Notes under the pieces: generated by a model | Told to the model about the DNA's origin: nothing | What the model saw: only the letters and a program-made list of their open reading frames with translations | Databases searched by the model: none | Source: Patescibacteria group bacterium | GTDB lineage: Bacteria > Patescibacteriota > Patescibacteriia > Patescibacteriales > UBA12465 | Assembly: GCA_028687275.1 (NCBI GenBank) | Contig: JAQUAK010000001.1 | Coordinates: 228,213-292,212, forward strand | Direction of reading: 5' to 3' | Length of the DNA stretch: 64,000 bases | Shown here: positions 27,642 to 37,541 of the stretch, piece by piece | Position numbering within the stretch: position 1 is the stretch's first letter | Layout: every line of letters starts with the position of its first letter | Made by a program: the position numbers and the translations under genes

Positions 27642-29042
27642 ATGGATTTATTGAAATATAAAAAATTCTATTTAATTGGGATCAAAGGGGTGGGCATGAC
27701 TATGTTAGCTCAGTTTTTGCATGCTAAAGGGAAAGAGGTGAGTGGGGTTGATATCGCTGATACTTTTATGACCGATGCAGTTTTGCGTCGTGAAAAGATT
27801 CAGGTTTTAGTTAATTTTAAGCTCGAGCAAACCCCTAAAGACGCTGTTATTATTTATAGCAGTGCTTATAATGAAAAGAATAATGTTGAGTTGGCGGCTA
27901 TAAGCAAATTAAAGAGAGATTCTAAGTTTCCGCTTTTAAATTATGCTCAAGCAATTGGCGCTTTATTTAGTTCTTATCAGGGCATAGCTGTCTGTGGTAG
28001 TCATGGTAAGACTACCAGTACCGCTTGGTTGGGTTTTGTGCTTCAACAATTAGGCTTAGAGCCTAATGTTTTAGTAGGGGCCCGTGTTCCTCAGTTTAAG
28101 GGCAGTGCTATTATTGGTAAGTCTAATTATTTTGTGGCCGAAGCGGATGAATATCAAAATAAATTACAATACTTTCAACCTCAGGGCATCGTTTTAAATA
28201 ATATTGACTTTGATCATCCTGATTATTTTAAAAACAAAAAAGCTTATTTCCAAGTATTTCAAGACTTTGTTTTGAAATTGAAAAAGTCAGGTTTTTTGGT
28301 TGCGAATGCTGCCGATAAACAGATTCAGGCTCTGTTGCCTTTGGTTAAATCTCCAGTTTATAGTTATGCCTTAGCGGATAAAATTAAGGATAGTAAAATA
28401 AAAGTAAACCTACTTGGGCATAGCCCGCGTTATGATAAGGGTTGGCAGTATTTTCAAGTTAATGACTGGGGTGAATTTAAAATTAGATTATATGGTCACC
28501 ATAATTTAGAGAACGCTTTGGCTGTTCTAGCTACAGGTCTAGCTTTAGGTATTAACCCGATCTTAATGAAAAAAGCTTTAGCAGCTTTTCGTGGCACTGC
28601 TCGTCGGGCAGAATTATTGGGTAGATATAAAACTGTGCCTGTTTTTGATGATTATGCTCATCATCCCACTGAAGTTAAGGCAACTATTGCTGCCTTTAAA
28701 GAAGTCTACCCAAATTCTCGTTTAGTGGTTTTATTTCATCCCCATACTTTTACCCGCACTAAAGCTTTATTTCAAGATTTTGTTAACAGTTTTAGTGGCG
28801 TTGCCTTATTGGGGTTAATGGAAATATATGGTTCAGCTCGAGAAAAGCAGGGAGGAGTTTCAAGTCATGATTTAGCTTTAGCTTTAAAAAATAAAAATTC
28901 CAAGCAATCAGTGCGGTATCTTAAAGATTTTGAACAGGCCCTTGTTTGGTTACAGAAAAATTTAAAGATAGGAGATGTTTTAGTTCTAATGGGTGCCGGT
29001 GATATTTTTAGGGTAGGCGAGAGCTTGTTGAAGAAGAAATAA
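27642..29042 (+). CDS. murC: UDP-N-acetylmuramate--L-alanine ligase
   Basis: GIKGVGMTMLAQ, CGSHGKTTSTAW P-loop, DDYAHHPTE. Confidence 0.93.
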   Translation: MDLLKYKKFYLIGIKGVGMTMLAQFLHAKGKEVSGVDIADTFMTDAVLRREKIQVLVNFKLEQTPKDAVIIYSSAYNEKNNVELAAISKLKRDSKFPLLNYAQAIGALFSSYQGIAVCGSHGKTTSTAWLGFVLQQLGLEPNVLVGARVPQFKGSAIIGKSNYFVAEADEYQNKLQYFQPQGIVLNNIDFDHPDYFKNKKAYFQVFQDFVLKLKKSGFLVANAADKQIQALLPLVKSPVYSYALADKIKDSKIKVNLLGHSPRYDKGWQYFQVNDWGEFKIRLYGHHNLENALAVLATGLALGINPILMKKALAAFRGTARRAELLGRYKTVPVFDDYAHHPTEVKATIAAFKEVYPNSRLVVLFHPHTFTRTKALFQDFVNSFSGVALLGLMEIYGSAREKQGGVSSHDLALALKNKNSKQSVRYLKDFEQALVWLQKNLKIGDVLVLMGAGDIFRVGESLLKKK

Positions 29043-29066
29043 AAAATCCGGCTTTTAGGGCCGGAT
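29041..29066 (-). terminator. intrinsic terminator of the minus-strand orphan
   Basis: On the minus strand AUCCGGC-7 nt-GCCGGAU followed by U6; overlaps the murC stop codon. Confidence 0.65.
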
Positions 29067-29099
29067 TGAGTGGAAATGAAAGCTGTTTTTTACAGTTTT

Positions 29100-29525
29100 T
29101 TATTCCATCTTTTTTAGTATGATTTTAGCAATTTCAATTCTCCAAGCCTCTAAACTAGCTTGAAAAAAAATCGCTAACTCAGAGCAGCCTGTTGCAATAT
29201 CACTAATTATTAGTGATTTTGCCCAGATTCTCATTGTTTTAATAGCAGCCACTGTTGGCCAAATTGGTAGAATGTCTGCCTTTTCATTGTATAGGGCTGC
29301 ATATACCTCTTTTCCTTTACTGCTGGAAGAAATATAGTATATCAGGTGATGCCAATTTTTTTGGCAGAATTGCTGATTTACTGGCGACATATAGTTTCGG
29401 CCGTGATTTGCCCTGGAAAACATTTTTATTTTTCCAGCCAAGTTGGAGTTATTAAACTCACTTTGAATTTGCTGTAAGCTTAACTTTTCAGCGCTCATTT
29501 TTGTTTTAGATTTTGTCTTTAGCAT
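29100..29525 (-). CDS. hypothetical protein (orphan, helical, no family recognised)
   Basis: 141-aa ORF (or 132 aa from Met10) with its own terminator, antisense to flanking genes; start context lacks the usual -1 T. Confidence 0.5.
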   Translation of the reverse strand: MLKTKSKTKMSAEKLSLQQIQSEFNNSNLAGKIKMFSRANHGRNYMSPVNQQFCQKNWHHLIYYISSSSKGKEVYAALYNEKADILPIWPTVAAIKTMRIWAKSLIISDIATGCSELAIFFQASLEAWRIEIAKIILKKME

Positions 29526-29677
29526 TGCTGTTCTTTTTTGTATAAATGATTATTATTATGTAAGGTACAAGCTTATTTTTATTACATATTTGGACTAATG
29601 TCAAATTTTTGGACAGATTAAAGAAAAAGAGTTAGTATAAATTATGGTCTTTATTAGGCTTATTTTAATTAATTTTC

Positions 29678-31471
29678 ATGTCTAAAAAAGTGAAAAATAA
29701 AGAGAATCAGGCTCCAAGTATAGCTTGGTCTGAATTTTGGCGAGAGCTATGGCTTTTATTAAAGCCTTTTCGTCGTTTAATGTTCTGGATTTTGCTGGTT
29801 ATTTTTGTGGCCGGTATTTTTGATTTGGCTAAGCCTTATATCCTGAAGTTAGTGATTGATAGTTTATATAATTTTCAATCACTTGATTTTCGTTTTTTAG
29901 CCTGGCTAATAGCTTTATATCTCGGCTCTGATCAATTACGTTCTTTAGTGCAATACTTTGGTGATCGCTCTATCTTATCTTTACTAGTAAAGCTAGAATA
30001 TCATTTGGGTTTACAGGCTCAGTCAAAGCTACTCGATTTAAGTTTAGCTTATCATGAACAAGAAAATACTGGTTCTAAGATTGTAAAAATTGAGCGCGGT
30101 ATTGATCGTATTTCTCAACTTATAAATAGCATTGGTTGGGAGGTAGCGCCGACTTTTATTCAGCTCTTGTTTACGATACCAGCTCTATTTTGGGCCGATT
30201 GGCGGATTGGTTTGTCATTTATGTTTTTTACACCGCTCTTTATTGCCACTACTTATTGGTCTAATCAGAAAATGTATCCGGTACGAAAAAAGATTTATAA
30301 GTCCTATGAAGTTGCCTCCGGCAAGATGACGCAGTCAATCTTAAACATTAATGCTGTTCAATCTTTTGTTCAGGAGGATAGGGAGTTGTCAGATTTTGAT
30401 GCCATTAAGGCTGAAGTACGGGATAATGAAGATAAGCAGTGGGGTTGGATGATGAAAGTCGGTTTAGGCAGGAATTTGATTGTTGATATTGGGCGGGCAA
30501 CTGTTTTATTTTTAGGTGCCTATTTAGTTTATCAAGGACAAATGAGTGTTGGTACTTTAATTTTTGCTTTTACTCTAAGTGAAAAAGCTTATGCCTCCAC
30601 CTATCGCCTATCTCGTTTTTATGATCGCATGGAAGAGGGTCGAGAAGGGGTGAGCCGTTTATTGCTTTTATTTAATGCTAAAAGTGAGGTTAGAAATGTA
30701 AAAAATGCATTAGTGCCAAAAAATATTAAAGGTTCGATTGAATTTAAAAAGGCTTCTTTTAAGTATAAAAACACTCGAGCGATTGCCTTAAAAGATGCTA
30801 GCTTTAAGATTAAGGCTGGCCAGACAGTGGCGCTGGTGGGTCCTTCTGGTGGTGGTAAAACTACTATTGCTCGTTTAATTTATCGTCACTATGATCCTAG
30901 CTCAGGTCAGGTTTTAGTGGATGGACATGATATTAGTCAGTTAGACCTATTTGCTTATCGTCGCTTTTTAGCGATTGTGCCACAAGAAGTGGAGATATTT
31001 GATTTGAGCGTTAGAGACAATATTGCTTATGCTAATCCAGGGGCCAGCCAGCAAGAAATTGAGGAGGCCGCTCATATTGCTAATGCGGAAGAGTTTATTA
31101 TTAAACTTGATCAAGGTTATAATACCTTAGTTGGTGAACGGGGATTAAAGTTATCTGGCGGACAACGTCAGCGCTTGGGTATCGCTCGAGCAATTTTGGC
31201 TAATCCAAAGATATTGATTTTTGATGAAGCGACCTCTAGCTTAGATAGTCAGAGTGAACGCTTAATTCAGTTGGCTTTAGATCGTTTGACGAAAAACAGG
31301 ACTGTTATTATCATTGCTCACCGCTTGAGTACAATTAAGAAGGCTGATGAAATCATTGTTTTAGAAAATGGGGCAGTGGTCGAACGGGGTAGTCATGACA
31401 CCTTATCTCATGTCAGTGGTGGCTTATATGCTAAACTATTACGCCTACAAGCAGTGGGAGAGATTGAGTAG
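29678..31471 (+). CDS. ABC exporter, fused TMD-NBD half transporter (MsbA/multidrug-like)
   Basis: Six N-terminal TM helices; Walker A GPSGGGKTT, signature LSGGQRQRLGIARA, Walker B ILIFDEATS. Confidence 0.9.
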   Translation: MSKKVKNKENQAPSIAWSEFWRELWLLLKPFRRLMFWILLVIFVAGIFDLAKPYILKLVIDSLYNFQSLDFRFLAWLIALYLGSDQLRSLVQYFGDRSILSLLVKLEYHLGLQAQSKLLDLSLAYHEQENTGSKIVKIERGIDRISQLINSIGWEVAPTFIQLLFTIPALFWADWRIGLSFMFFTPLFIATTYWSNQKMYPVRKKIYKSYEVASGKMTQSILNINAVQSFVQEDRELSDFDAIKAEVRDNEDKQWGWMMKVGLGRNLIVDIGRATVLFLGAYLVYQGQMSVGTLIFAFTLSEKAYASTYRLSRFYDRMEEGREGVSRLLLLFNAKSEVRNVKNALVPKNIKGSIEFKKASFKYKNTRAIALKDASFKIKAGQTVALVGPSGGGKTTIARLIYRHYDPSSGQVLVDGHDISQLDLFAYRRFLAIVPQEVEIFDLSVRDNIAYANPGASQQEIEEAAHIANAEEFIIKLDQGYNTLVGERGLKLSGGQRQRLGIARAILANPKILIFDEATSSLDSQSERLIQLALDRLTKNRTVIIIAHRLSTIKKADEIIVLENGAVVERGSHDTLSHVSGGLYAKLLRLQAVGEIE

Positions 31472-31767
31472 AGGTTTTTATCTGTTTATCTAAGATTTTT
31501 CTTTATTTATGAGTTAATTTATCGTATAATTAATTACCTTAGAATATACAGAAAATATAGATAAGATGATGTTTTGGATATTGAAAAAATGAATTAATCT
31601 GTTGTGTGGCATATTCTTTTAAGTCTTAGTTATAAGTTTTGTAAGATAAAATTTATGAGTGATCAAGAAATAAAAAAGTTGATGATGCGGATAATCAACA
31701 ATTAGTGCAAACAGATAGCTCTTCATTTATTGCTTAGCCAACCTATCATTTGCTTATATATTTAGGT

Positions 31768-31773
31768 TATAAT
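31768..31773 (+). promoter_or_regulatory. -10 box TATAAT 6 nt upstream of murB ATG
   Basis: Consensus hexamer; predicted start site coincides with A of ATG 31780 (leaderless candidate). Confidence 0.35.
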
Positions 31774-31779
31774 GTTTAT

Positions 31780-32802
31780 ATGTTAAAAATAGAAAAACAA
31801 GTTGATTTGACTTCTTATACTAGTCTTAAAATCGGTGCTAAAGCTGCTTATTTTGCTGTTATCTCTGTAGAATCAGATTTATTCGAGGCTTACCAATGGG
31901 CGCGGGCGCATAAATTAAGTATCTTTGTTTTAGGCGGTGGTTCTAATATGTTAATTAGCAAGCCTCTAAAAGCTTTAGTGTTGAAAAATGAATTAAAAGG
32001 AATAAGAGTGGTTAAAGAAACTACAGCTTCAGCCTGGGTAGAGTCTCGTTCGGGTGAATGGTGGAGCACTTTAGTTAATTTTGCGGTGGAACGTAATTGG
32101 GGCGGGATTGAAAACCTCTACTATGTTCCCGGCACTGTGGGCGCCGCGCCAGTGCAAAATATTGGGGCTTACGGGGTGGAATTAAAAGATTCTTTTGTTT
32201 CTTTAAGAGCTTATGATTTACAAGCGGGCAAAGAAAAAATATTTACTGCCGCTGAGTGTAAATTCGCTTACCGTGATAGTATTTTTAAAGGAAAGTATAA
32301 AGGACGTTATTTTATTTTAAGTGTGACGCTTAAGTTGAGCAAGAGGCCAAAATTAAAATTAGATTATGGCGATATTCAAACAAAATTGAATGAACAGGGA
32401 ATTAAGAAGCCAAACATTAGACAGTTGGCCGATATTATCCGTCAAATTAGAGATAGTAAGTTGCCTAACCCAGCTCAATTGGCTAATGCTGGCTCTTTCT
32501 TTAAAAACCCAGAAATTAGTAATAACGCTTTTAAGAAATTACAAGGCAAGTTTCCAGATATTAAATTTTTTCCAGCCTCTAAGAAAGGCTTAGTTAAAGT
32601 GCCGGCTGGCTGGTTAATTGAGCAGACGGGCTTTAAGGGTAAACACTATGGTAAGGTTGGTATGTATGAAAAACAAGCTTTAATTTTAGTAAACTACGGT
32701 GGGGCTAGTTCTAAACAGGCGCTTGCCCATATTGCTAGAGTGCAAAAAGCAGTGATAAAAAAGTTTGGCATTAAGATTGAGCCCGAAGTAAATATTATTT
32801 AA
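31780..32802 (+). CDS. murB: UDP-N-acetylenolpyruvoylglucosamine reductase
   Basis: Start moved to MLKIEKQ; FAD-binding GGGSNML, GIENL..VPGTVGAAPVQNIGAYG, AGSFFKNP. Confidence 0.9.
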   Translation: MLKIEKQVDLTSYTSLKIGAKAAYFAVISVESDLFEAYQWARAHKLSIFVLGGGSNMLISKPLKALVLKNELKGIRVVKETTASAWVESRSGEWWSTLVNFAVERNWGGIENLYYVPGTVGAAPVQNIGAYGVELKDSFVSLRAYDLQAGKEKIFTAAECKFAYRDSIFKGKYKGRYFILSVTLKLSKRPKLKLDYGDIQTKLNEQGIKKPNIRQLADIIRQIRDSKLPNPAQLANAGSFFKNPEISNNAFKKLQGKFPDIKFFPASKKGLVKVPAGWLIEQTGFKGKHYGKVGMYEKQALILVNYGGASSKQALAHIARVQKAVIKKFGIKIEPEVNII

Positions 32803-32811
32803 TTTCTTATT

Positions 32812-33249
32812 ATGAAAATAGTGATTTGTGGCAGTGTTAATTTTACTCCTGAAATTATTAAGTCAGCGACTGAATTAGAATCATTAGGACATCAAGTACA
32901 AGTTCCTCGTTTAAGTGAAAAAATTAGAGCAGGCGAAATTGCCTTTGCTGATTTTTTAGAAGAAAAAGAGGCTAAGGGTGACGCCGCTTTTCGCGCTCAA
33001 GAACCGGGCAGTTTAATTCGTCGTTATTACCATTTGATTGAGCAGGCAGACGCTATTTTAGTCGTTAATGCTACTAAGAATGGAGTTGAGGGTTATATTG
33101 GTGTCAACACTTTTTTAGAAATTGGCTTTGCTCACGCTTTAGAAAAGAAAATTTATTTACTAAATCCTTGGGCGGAAGCTAATTATAGTGATGAAATTAA
33201 AGAAATTAGCCCAGTGATTATTAGAGGTGATTTAAGTTTAATTAAATAA
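32812..33249 (+). CDS. hypothetical protein, possibly nucleoside 2-deoxyribosyltransferase-like fold
   Basis: MKIVICGS N-terminus and LEIGFAHALEKKIY near the C-terminus resemble the NDT-like superfamily; weak call. Confidence 0.5.
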   Translation: MKIVICGSVNFTPEIIKSATELESLGHQVQVPRLSEKIRAGEIAFADFLEEKEAKGDAAFRAQEPGSLIRRYYHLIEQADAILVVNATKNGVEGYIGVNTFLEIGFAHALEKKIYLLNPWAEANYSDEIKEISPVIIRGDLSLIK

Positions 33250-33259
33250 TAATTTATAT

Positions 33260-35074
33260 ATGACAGCTCAAGAATTAAGACAAAAATATTTAGATTTTTT
33301 TGCCCGTAGAGGTCATCAGATTATTTCTAGTGCTTCTTTGCTGCCAGAGAATGATCCCACAGTCTTGTTTACCACTGCTGGTATGCATCCACTCGTTCCT
33401 TATTTAATGGGTGATGCTCATCCAGTTGGCACTCGCTTAGTTAATGCTCAAAAATGTGTACGTACTGATGATATTGATGAGGTTGGTGACGCCACTCATC
33501 ACACCTTCTTTGAAATGATGGGTAATTGGTCCTTAGGTGATTATTTTAAAACGGAATCAATCACTTGGAGTTGGGAGTTTTTGACTTCAGCTGAGGGTTT
33601 AAATTTGAATCCTAAATTATTGGCAGTTTCTGTCTTTGCTGGTGATAGTGATGCTCCTTTTGATGAGGAATCATATAATCTGTGGTTACAAGTGGGTGTT
33701 CCCGCTGAAAGAATTGCTAAGCTGCCTAAGAAAAATAATTGGTGGGGACCAGCCGGGCAAACTGGGCCCTGTGGAGCGGATACAGAAATTTTCTATTGGT
33801 CGGGTAATTTGGAAGATGTGCCAGCAAGCTTTAATGATGATAATGACCTGTGGGTAGAAATTTGGAATAATGTCTTTATGCAATATTTTAAAAATATTGA
33901 TGGTAATTTTGAAGCTTTAAAACAAAAAAATGTTGATACTGGTCTTGGCTTAGAAAGAGTGACGTCGATTTTAAATCACTGTGATAATTATCAAACGGAT
34001 TTATTCTTGCCGATTATTAACAAGATTGAAGATTTGTCTAATGAAAAATATTTAAGCGATAAAAGCATAACTCGTTCTATGCGTATTATCGCTGATCATA
34101 TTAAGGCGGCGGTATTTATTATTGGTGACCCTAAAGGGGTGACACCATCTAATGTCGGTCAGGGTTATGTGGTGCGTCGTTTATTGCGTCGAGCAATTGT
34201 GCAGGCTGGTCGTTTAGGTATCGCCATTAAGACAAGCTCAGCTTGGTTAGAAGAAATTGTTGGCGTTGTAATTAATATTTACGCGTCTGTTTATCCAGAA
34301 TTAATTGAAAATAAAATTTTTATTACACAGGCAATTACGCAAGAGGCTGATAAATTTCAGCGCACTTTAGAAAATGGTTTAAAGGAGTTTGATAAATTGA
34401 ATGTAGAAAATAATTTAGTGCGGGGAAATGATGTTTTTAATCTTTTCCAGAGTTATGGCTTTCCTTGGGAATTGAGTGAGGAGTTGGCGCTTGAACGTGG
34501 TTGGAAAATTGATCGGGCTGGTTTTGAGGCTGAGTTGGAAAAACATCAGGCTTTATCTCGTACAGCCTCGGCAGGCAAGTTTAAGGGTGGTTTGGCTGAT
34601 AATAGTGAAGCCACAACTCAATTACACACTGCCGCTCATTTATTACTAGCAGCCTTACGTCAAGTTTTAGGTGATCATGTTAATCAAAAGGGCAGTAATA
34701 TCACCGCAGAGCGCTTACGTTTTGATTTTTCTCATCCTGAGAAAGTTAGTCCTGAACAAATAGCTAAGATTGAAAACTTAGTTAATGAGGCGATTGGGAA
34801 AAGCCTAGATGTAGTTTATGAAGAACTTCCCCTAGAGGAAGCGAAAAGCAGTGGCGCGACCGGAGTTTTTGATTCTAAATATGGCGAAAGGGTAAAAGTT
34901 TATACTGTAGGGAGAAATAATGATAAAATACCAAGAGAATGGGATGATATTTTTTCTCGTGAAATTTGTGGCGGCCCTCATGTTGATAGTTTGAAAGATT
35001 TAGGTAGTTTTAAGATTACAAAAGAGGAAGCTTCGTCAGCTGGAGTTCGCCGTATTAAAGCAATATTAGAGTAA
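33260..35074 (+). CDS. alaS: alanyl-tRNA synthetase, short form lacking the C-Ala domain
   Basis: Class II catalytic core (FTTAGMHP, FFEMMGNWSLGDYFK), editing domain HTAAHLL..H and CGGPHV; ends right after GVRRIKAILE. Confidence 0.93.
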   Translation: MTAQELRQKYLDFFARRGHQIISSASLLPENDPTVLFTTAGMHPLVPYLMGDAHPVGTRLVNAQKCVRTDDIDEVGDATHHTFFEMMGNWSLGDYFKTESITWSWEFLTSAEGLNLNPKLLAVSVFAGDSDAPFDEESYNLWLQVGVPAERIAKLPKKNNWWGPAGQTGPCGADTEIFYWSGNLEDVPASFNDDNDLWVEIWNNVFMQYFKNIDGNFEALKQKNVDTGLGLERVTSILNHCDNYQTDLFLPIINKIEDLSNEKYLSDKSITRSMRIIADHIKAAVFIIGDPKGVTPSNVGQGYVVRRLLRRAIVQAGRLGIAIKTSSAWLEEIVGVVINIYASVYPELIENKIFITQAITQEADKFQRTLENGLKEFDKLNVENNLVRGNDVFNLFQSYGFPWELSEELALERGWKIDRAGFEAELEKHQALSRTASAGKFKGGLADNSEATTQLHTAAHLLLAALRQVLGDHVNQKGSNITAERLRFDFSHPEKVSPEQIAKIENLVNEAIGKSLDVVYEELPLEEAKSSGATGVFDSKYGERVKVYTVGRNNDKIPREWDDIFSREICGGPHVDSLKDLGSFKITKEEASSAGVRRIKAILE

Positions 35075-35140
35075 TATTAACATTGTAGTTCAGCTTATAA
35101 ATAGCCTTCCTTAAGTAATAGAGCTTTCACTGATTAAGTA

Positions 35141-35169
35141 TTGACAATTTTTACGCTTGTCTATATACT
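35141..35169 (+). promoter_or_regulatory. sigma70-like promoter TTGACA-17-TATACT upstream of infA block
   Basis: Consensus -35 at 35141-35146, 17-nt spacer, -10 35164-35169. Confidence 0.5.
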
Positions 35170-35262
35170 ATTTTCATTGAGAGTGATTATAAGATTAAAT
35201 AGGAATATTTCTAAAAAATTTTGATAAGACTGAACTCTGTCTTTATCAAATTTTTTGTGTTA

Positions 35263-35520
35263 ATGTCAAAATTAAAACATAAAAATCAAGAAACAGCGGA
35301 GACTTTGAATGCCAAAGATTTTTTGGACATGCAAGGCGAAGTGTTAGAATTAATGCCAGCAGCAACCTTTAGGGTAAAGCTTGATACTGGTCATGAAATT
35401 TTGGCTCATCTTTCCGGTAAGATGCGTATGCACCGTATTCGCATTCTTCCTGGCGATCGTGTCCGTTTAGAGATCAGTCCTTACGATTTAAGTAAGGGCA
35501 GGATCGTGTTCCGCCTCTAA
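35263..35520 (+). CDS. infA: translation initiation factor IF-1
   Basis: Start moved to ATG 35263; [18 protein letters not shown]...[14 protein letters not shown]1-like OB fold. Confidence 0.9.
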   Translation: MSKLKHKNQETAETLNAKDFLDMQGEVLELMPAATFRVKLDTGHEILAHLSGKMRMHRIRILPGDRVRLEISPYDLSKGRIVFRL

Positions 35521-35569
35521 TCACTGAATAATCACCATTTTAACCATTTTATTTACTTTTTACTATTAT

Positions 35570-35683
35570 ATGAAAGTACGAGCGAGTGCCAAGAAAATTT
35601 GTAAAGATTGCAAAACTGTCCGTCGGAAGGGTCGCGTTTATGTAATCTGTAAAAATCCTAAGCATAAGCAAAGACAAGGATAA
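35570..35683 (+). CDS. rpmJ: 50S ribosomal protein L36
   Basis: Not in ORF track (37 aa): [37 protein letters not shown], CxxC...CxxxxH zinc ribbon; canonical position infA-rpmJ-rpsM. Confidence 0.9.
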   Translation: MKVRASAKKICKDCKTVRRKGRVYVICKNPKHKQRQG

Positions 35684-35690
35684 TTAAGCA

Positions 35691-35716
35691 TTTAGATGCC
35701 GTCAGCGGTATCTAAA
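35691..35716 (+). other. 11-bp hairpin with tetraloop in rpmJ-rpsM spacer
   Basis: TTTAGATGCCG-TCAG-CGGTATCTAAA (one G-U pair); no U tract, so processing or regulatory rather than terminator. Confidence 0.5.
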
Positions 35717-35730
35717 GTATTTATATAACT

Positions 35731-36123
35731 ATGGCTATTAGAATTGCGGGCGTAAGCATCCCTAACGACAAAAGAGTTGATATTTCAATCACTTATATCT
35801 TCGGAATCGGCAACAGCCGGGCGAAGAAAATTTTAGCAGATTTAGAGATTAATCCTGCCACTAAGGTTAAGGATTTAACTGAAGATGAGGCTAATAAATT
35901 ACGTGAACAAATTGAAAAGAAACACTTGGTTGAAGGCGATTTACGTCGTGAAGTTAATGGAAACATTAAACGCTTAAAAGAAATTGCTTGTTATCGTGGT
36001 TTACGTCATACTCGTAACTTGCCAGTTCGTGGTCAACGTACCAAAACAAACAGTCGTACTGTTCGCGGTAATAAACGCCTAACTATGGGCAGCGGTCGTG
36101 CTAAGTCCGGCTTAAAGACCTAA
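35731..36123 (+). CDS. rpsM: 30S ribosomal protein S13
   Basis: [31 protein letters not shown]. Confidence 0.95.
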   Translation: MAIRIAGVSIPNDKRVDISITYIFGIGNSRAKKILADLEINPATKVKDLTEDEANKLREQIEKKHLVEGDLRREVNGNIKRLKEIACYRGLRHTRNLPVRGQRTKTNSRTVRGNKRLTMGSGRAKSGLKT

Positions 36124-36163
36124 GCTAGGGGAGCTATAAGATTAATTATTAAGTATTCTTACT

Positions 36164-36784
36164 ATGTCAGAGGAAAAGAATTTAAATACTAAAGAAGAAG
36201 AGGTGGCGGCTGTAGTCACTGAGACTAAAAAAGCTGTTACTAAAGAAGCGGAGGCTGCTAAGGTGACACCCGCTAAAGAGGTGGCTGAGGACGATCATGA
36301 AGATCGCGCTTTTTCTCTTGATTCTTCTGCTGATGATGAACTTCCTGATGAAATTAAACAGAAATTAGAGAAGAATAAACAGGCTCGTGCTAAGAAAAAA
36401 TTAGTCAAGAAGCGTAAAAAAAGAACTGCTAGAACAGTTAAGATTGGTAATGCTTATATCAATGCCACTTACAATAACACCATGGTCACTTTAGCCGATA
36501 CTAATGGCGATGTAATTGCTTGGGCTAGTGCTGGTGTAGCTGGTTTTAAGGGTGCTAAGAAAGCCACTCCTTATGCTTCTCAGATTATTACTAAAATTGC
36601 TGTTCAGAAAGCTAAAGAAGAATATGGATTGCAAGAAGTGAGTGTTTTCGTTTCTGGCGTTGGCACTGGCCGTGAAGCCGCTATTCGTGCTTTAAATGCT
36701 AATGGTTTAGAGGTCTCTTCTATTAAGGACACCACTTCGGTTCCTCATAATGGTTGTCGCCCTAAGAAACCACGTCGAGTATAA
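36164..36784 (+). CDS. rpsK: 30S ribosomal protein S11 with about 85-aa N-terminal K/E/A-rich extension
   Basis: Core AYINATYNNTMVTLAD...GFKGAKKATPYA...PHNGCRPKKPRRV; no alternative Met before the core. Confidence 0.93.
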   Translation: MSEEKNLNTKEEEVAAVVTETKKAVTKEAEAAKVTPAKEVAEDDHEDRAFSLDSSADDELPDEIKQKLEKNKQARAKKKLVKKRKKRTARTVKIGNAYINATYNNTMVTLADTNGDVIAWASAGVAGFKGAKKATPYASQIITKIAVQKAKEEYGLQEVSVFVSGVGTGREAAIRALNANGLEVSSIKDTTSVPHNGCRPKKPRRV

Positions 36785-36833
36785 AATAATTAATTTGTCA
36801 TCCTGAACCGAAGGGGAGGGAGTATTCAATACT

Positions 36834-37466
36834 ATGGGAAGAAATTTAGACAGTAAATGTTCACAGTGCCGACGTGTTGGCGAAAAACTCTTTTTAAAGG
36901 GTGATCGTTGTAATACGCCTAAATGTGCAATGGTGAAACGTAATTATCCACCTGGATTTCATGGTCCTACTCGTGGACGTCGCAAAATCAGCGACTACGG
37001 CACTCAGTTAATGGAGAAGCAAAAAGCTAAGAAATACTACAACATGATGGAGAAGCAGTTCCGCTTAACTTTTGAAAAAGCTTCAAATAAGCCTGGTGAC
37101 GCTGGTAAGAATTTCTTACGTTTATTAGAAATGCGTTTAGACAATGTAGTTTTCCGCATGGGCATGGCCTCTTCTCGTAATCAGGCGCGTCAATTAGTTA
37201 ACCATGGCCACTTTGCTTTAAATGATGTTAAGACTGACATCCCTTCATGCATCGTTAAGCCTGGGCAAATAATTAGTGTAAGAAAATCAAGCACTAAGAG
37301 TCCTTATTTCAAACAAGTTACTGAGAATCTTAAAAAGGCAGAATTACCAGCTTGGTTAAACCTTCAGAAAGGTGAATTGGCGGCTAAAGTATTACATGAG
37401 CCTACCGATAACGACTTGCCAACCAATTTAAATGTACAAATGATTATTGAATATTATTCAAAATAA
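36834..37466 (+). CDS. rpsD: 30S ribosomal protein S4 (zinc-knuckle type)
   Basis: CSQC...C....C N-terminus, YGTQLMEKQK, S4 domain RLDNVVFRMG; GGAGGGAG SD-like tract upstream. Confidence 0.95.
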   Translation: MGRNLDSKCSQCRRVGEKLFLKGDRCNTPKCAMVKRNYPPGFHGPTRGRRKISDYGTQLMEKQKAKKYYNMMEKQFRLTFEKASNKPGDAGKNFLRLLEMRLDNVVFRMGMASSRNQARQLVNHGHFALNDVKTDIPSCIVKPGQIISVRKSSTKSPYFKQVTENLKKAELPAWLNLQKGELAAKVLHEPTDNDLPTNLNVQMIIEYYSK

Positions 37467-37469
37467 CTT

Positions 37470-37541
37470 GTCACTCGATACACTGAGGAGGCGTTTTCCC
37501 ATCACTATAGTGGGGGAGGCGTAAAACTGTGTGTTGATGAC
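37470..37541 (+). promoter_or_regulatory. structured RNA element in rpsD-rpoA spacer
   Basis: 13-bp long-range helix (37470-37483 with 37529-37541, one bulge, two G-U) enclosing GTTTT/AAAAC helix and CCC.TCAC-TATA-GTGGGGG hairpin; direct repeat GGAGGCGT at 37487 and 37515. Confidence 0.45.
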
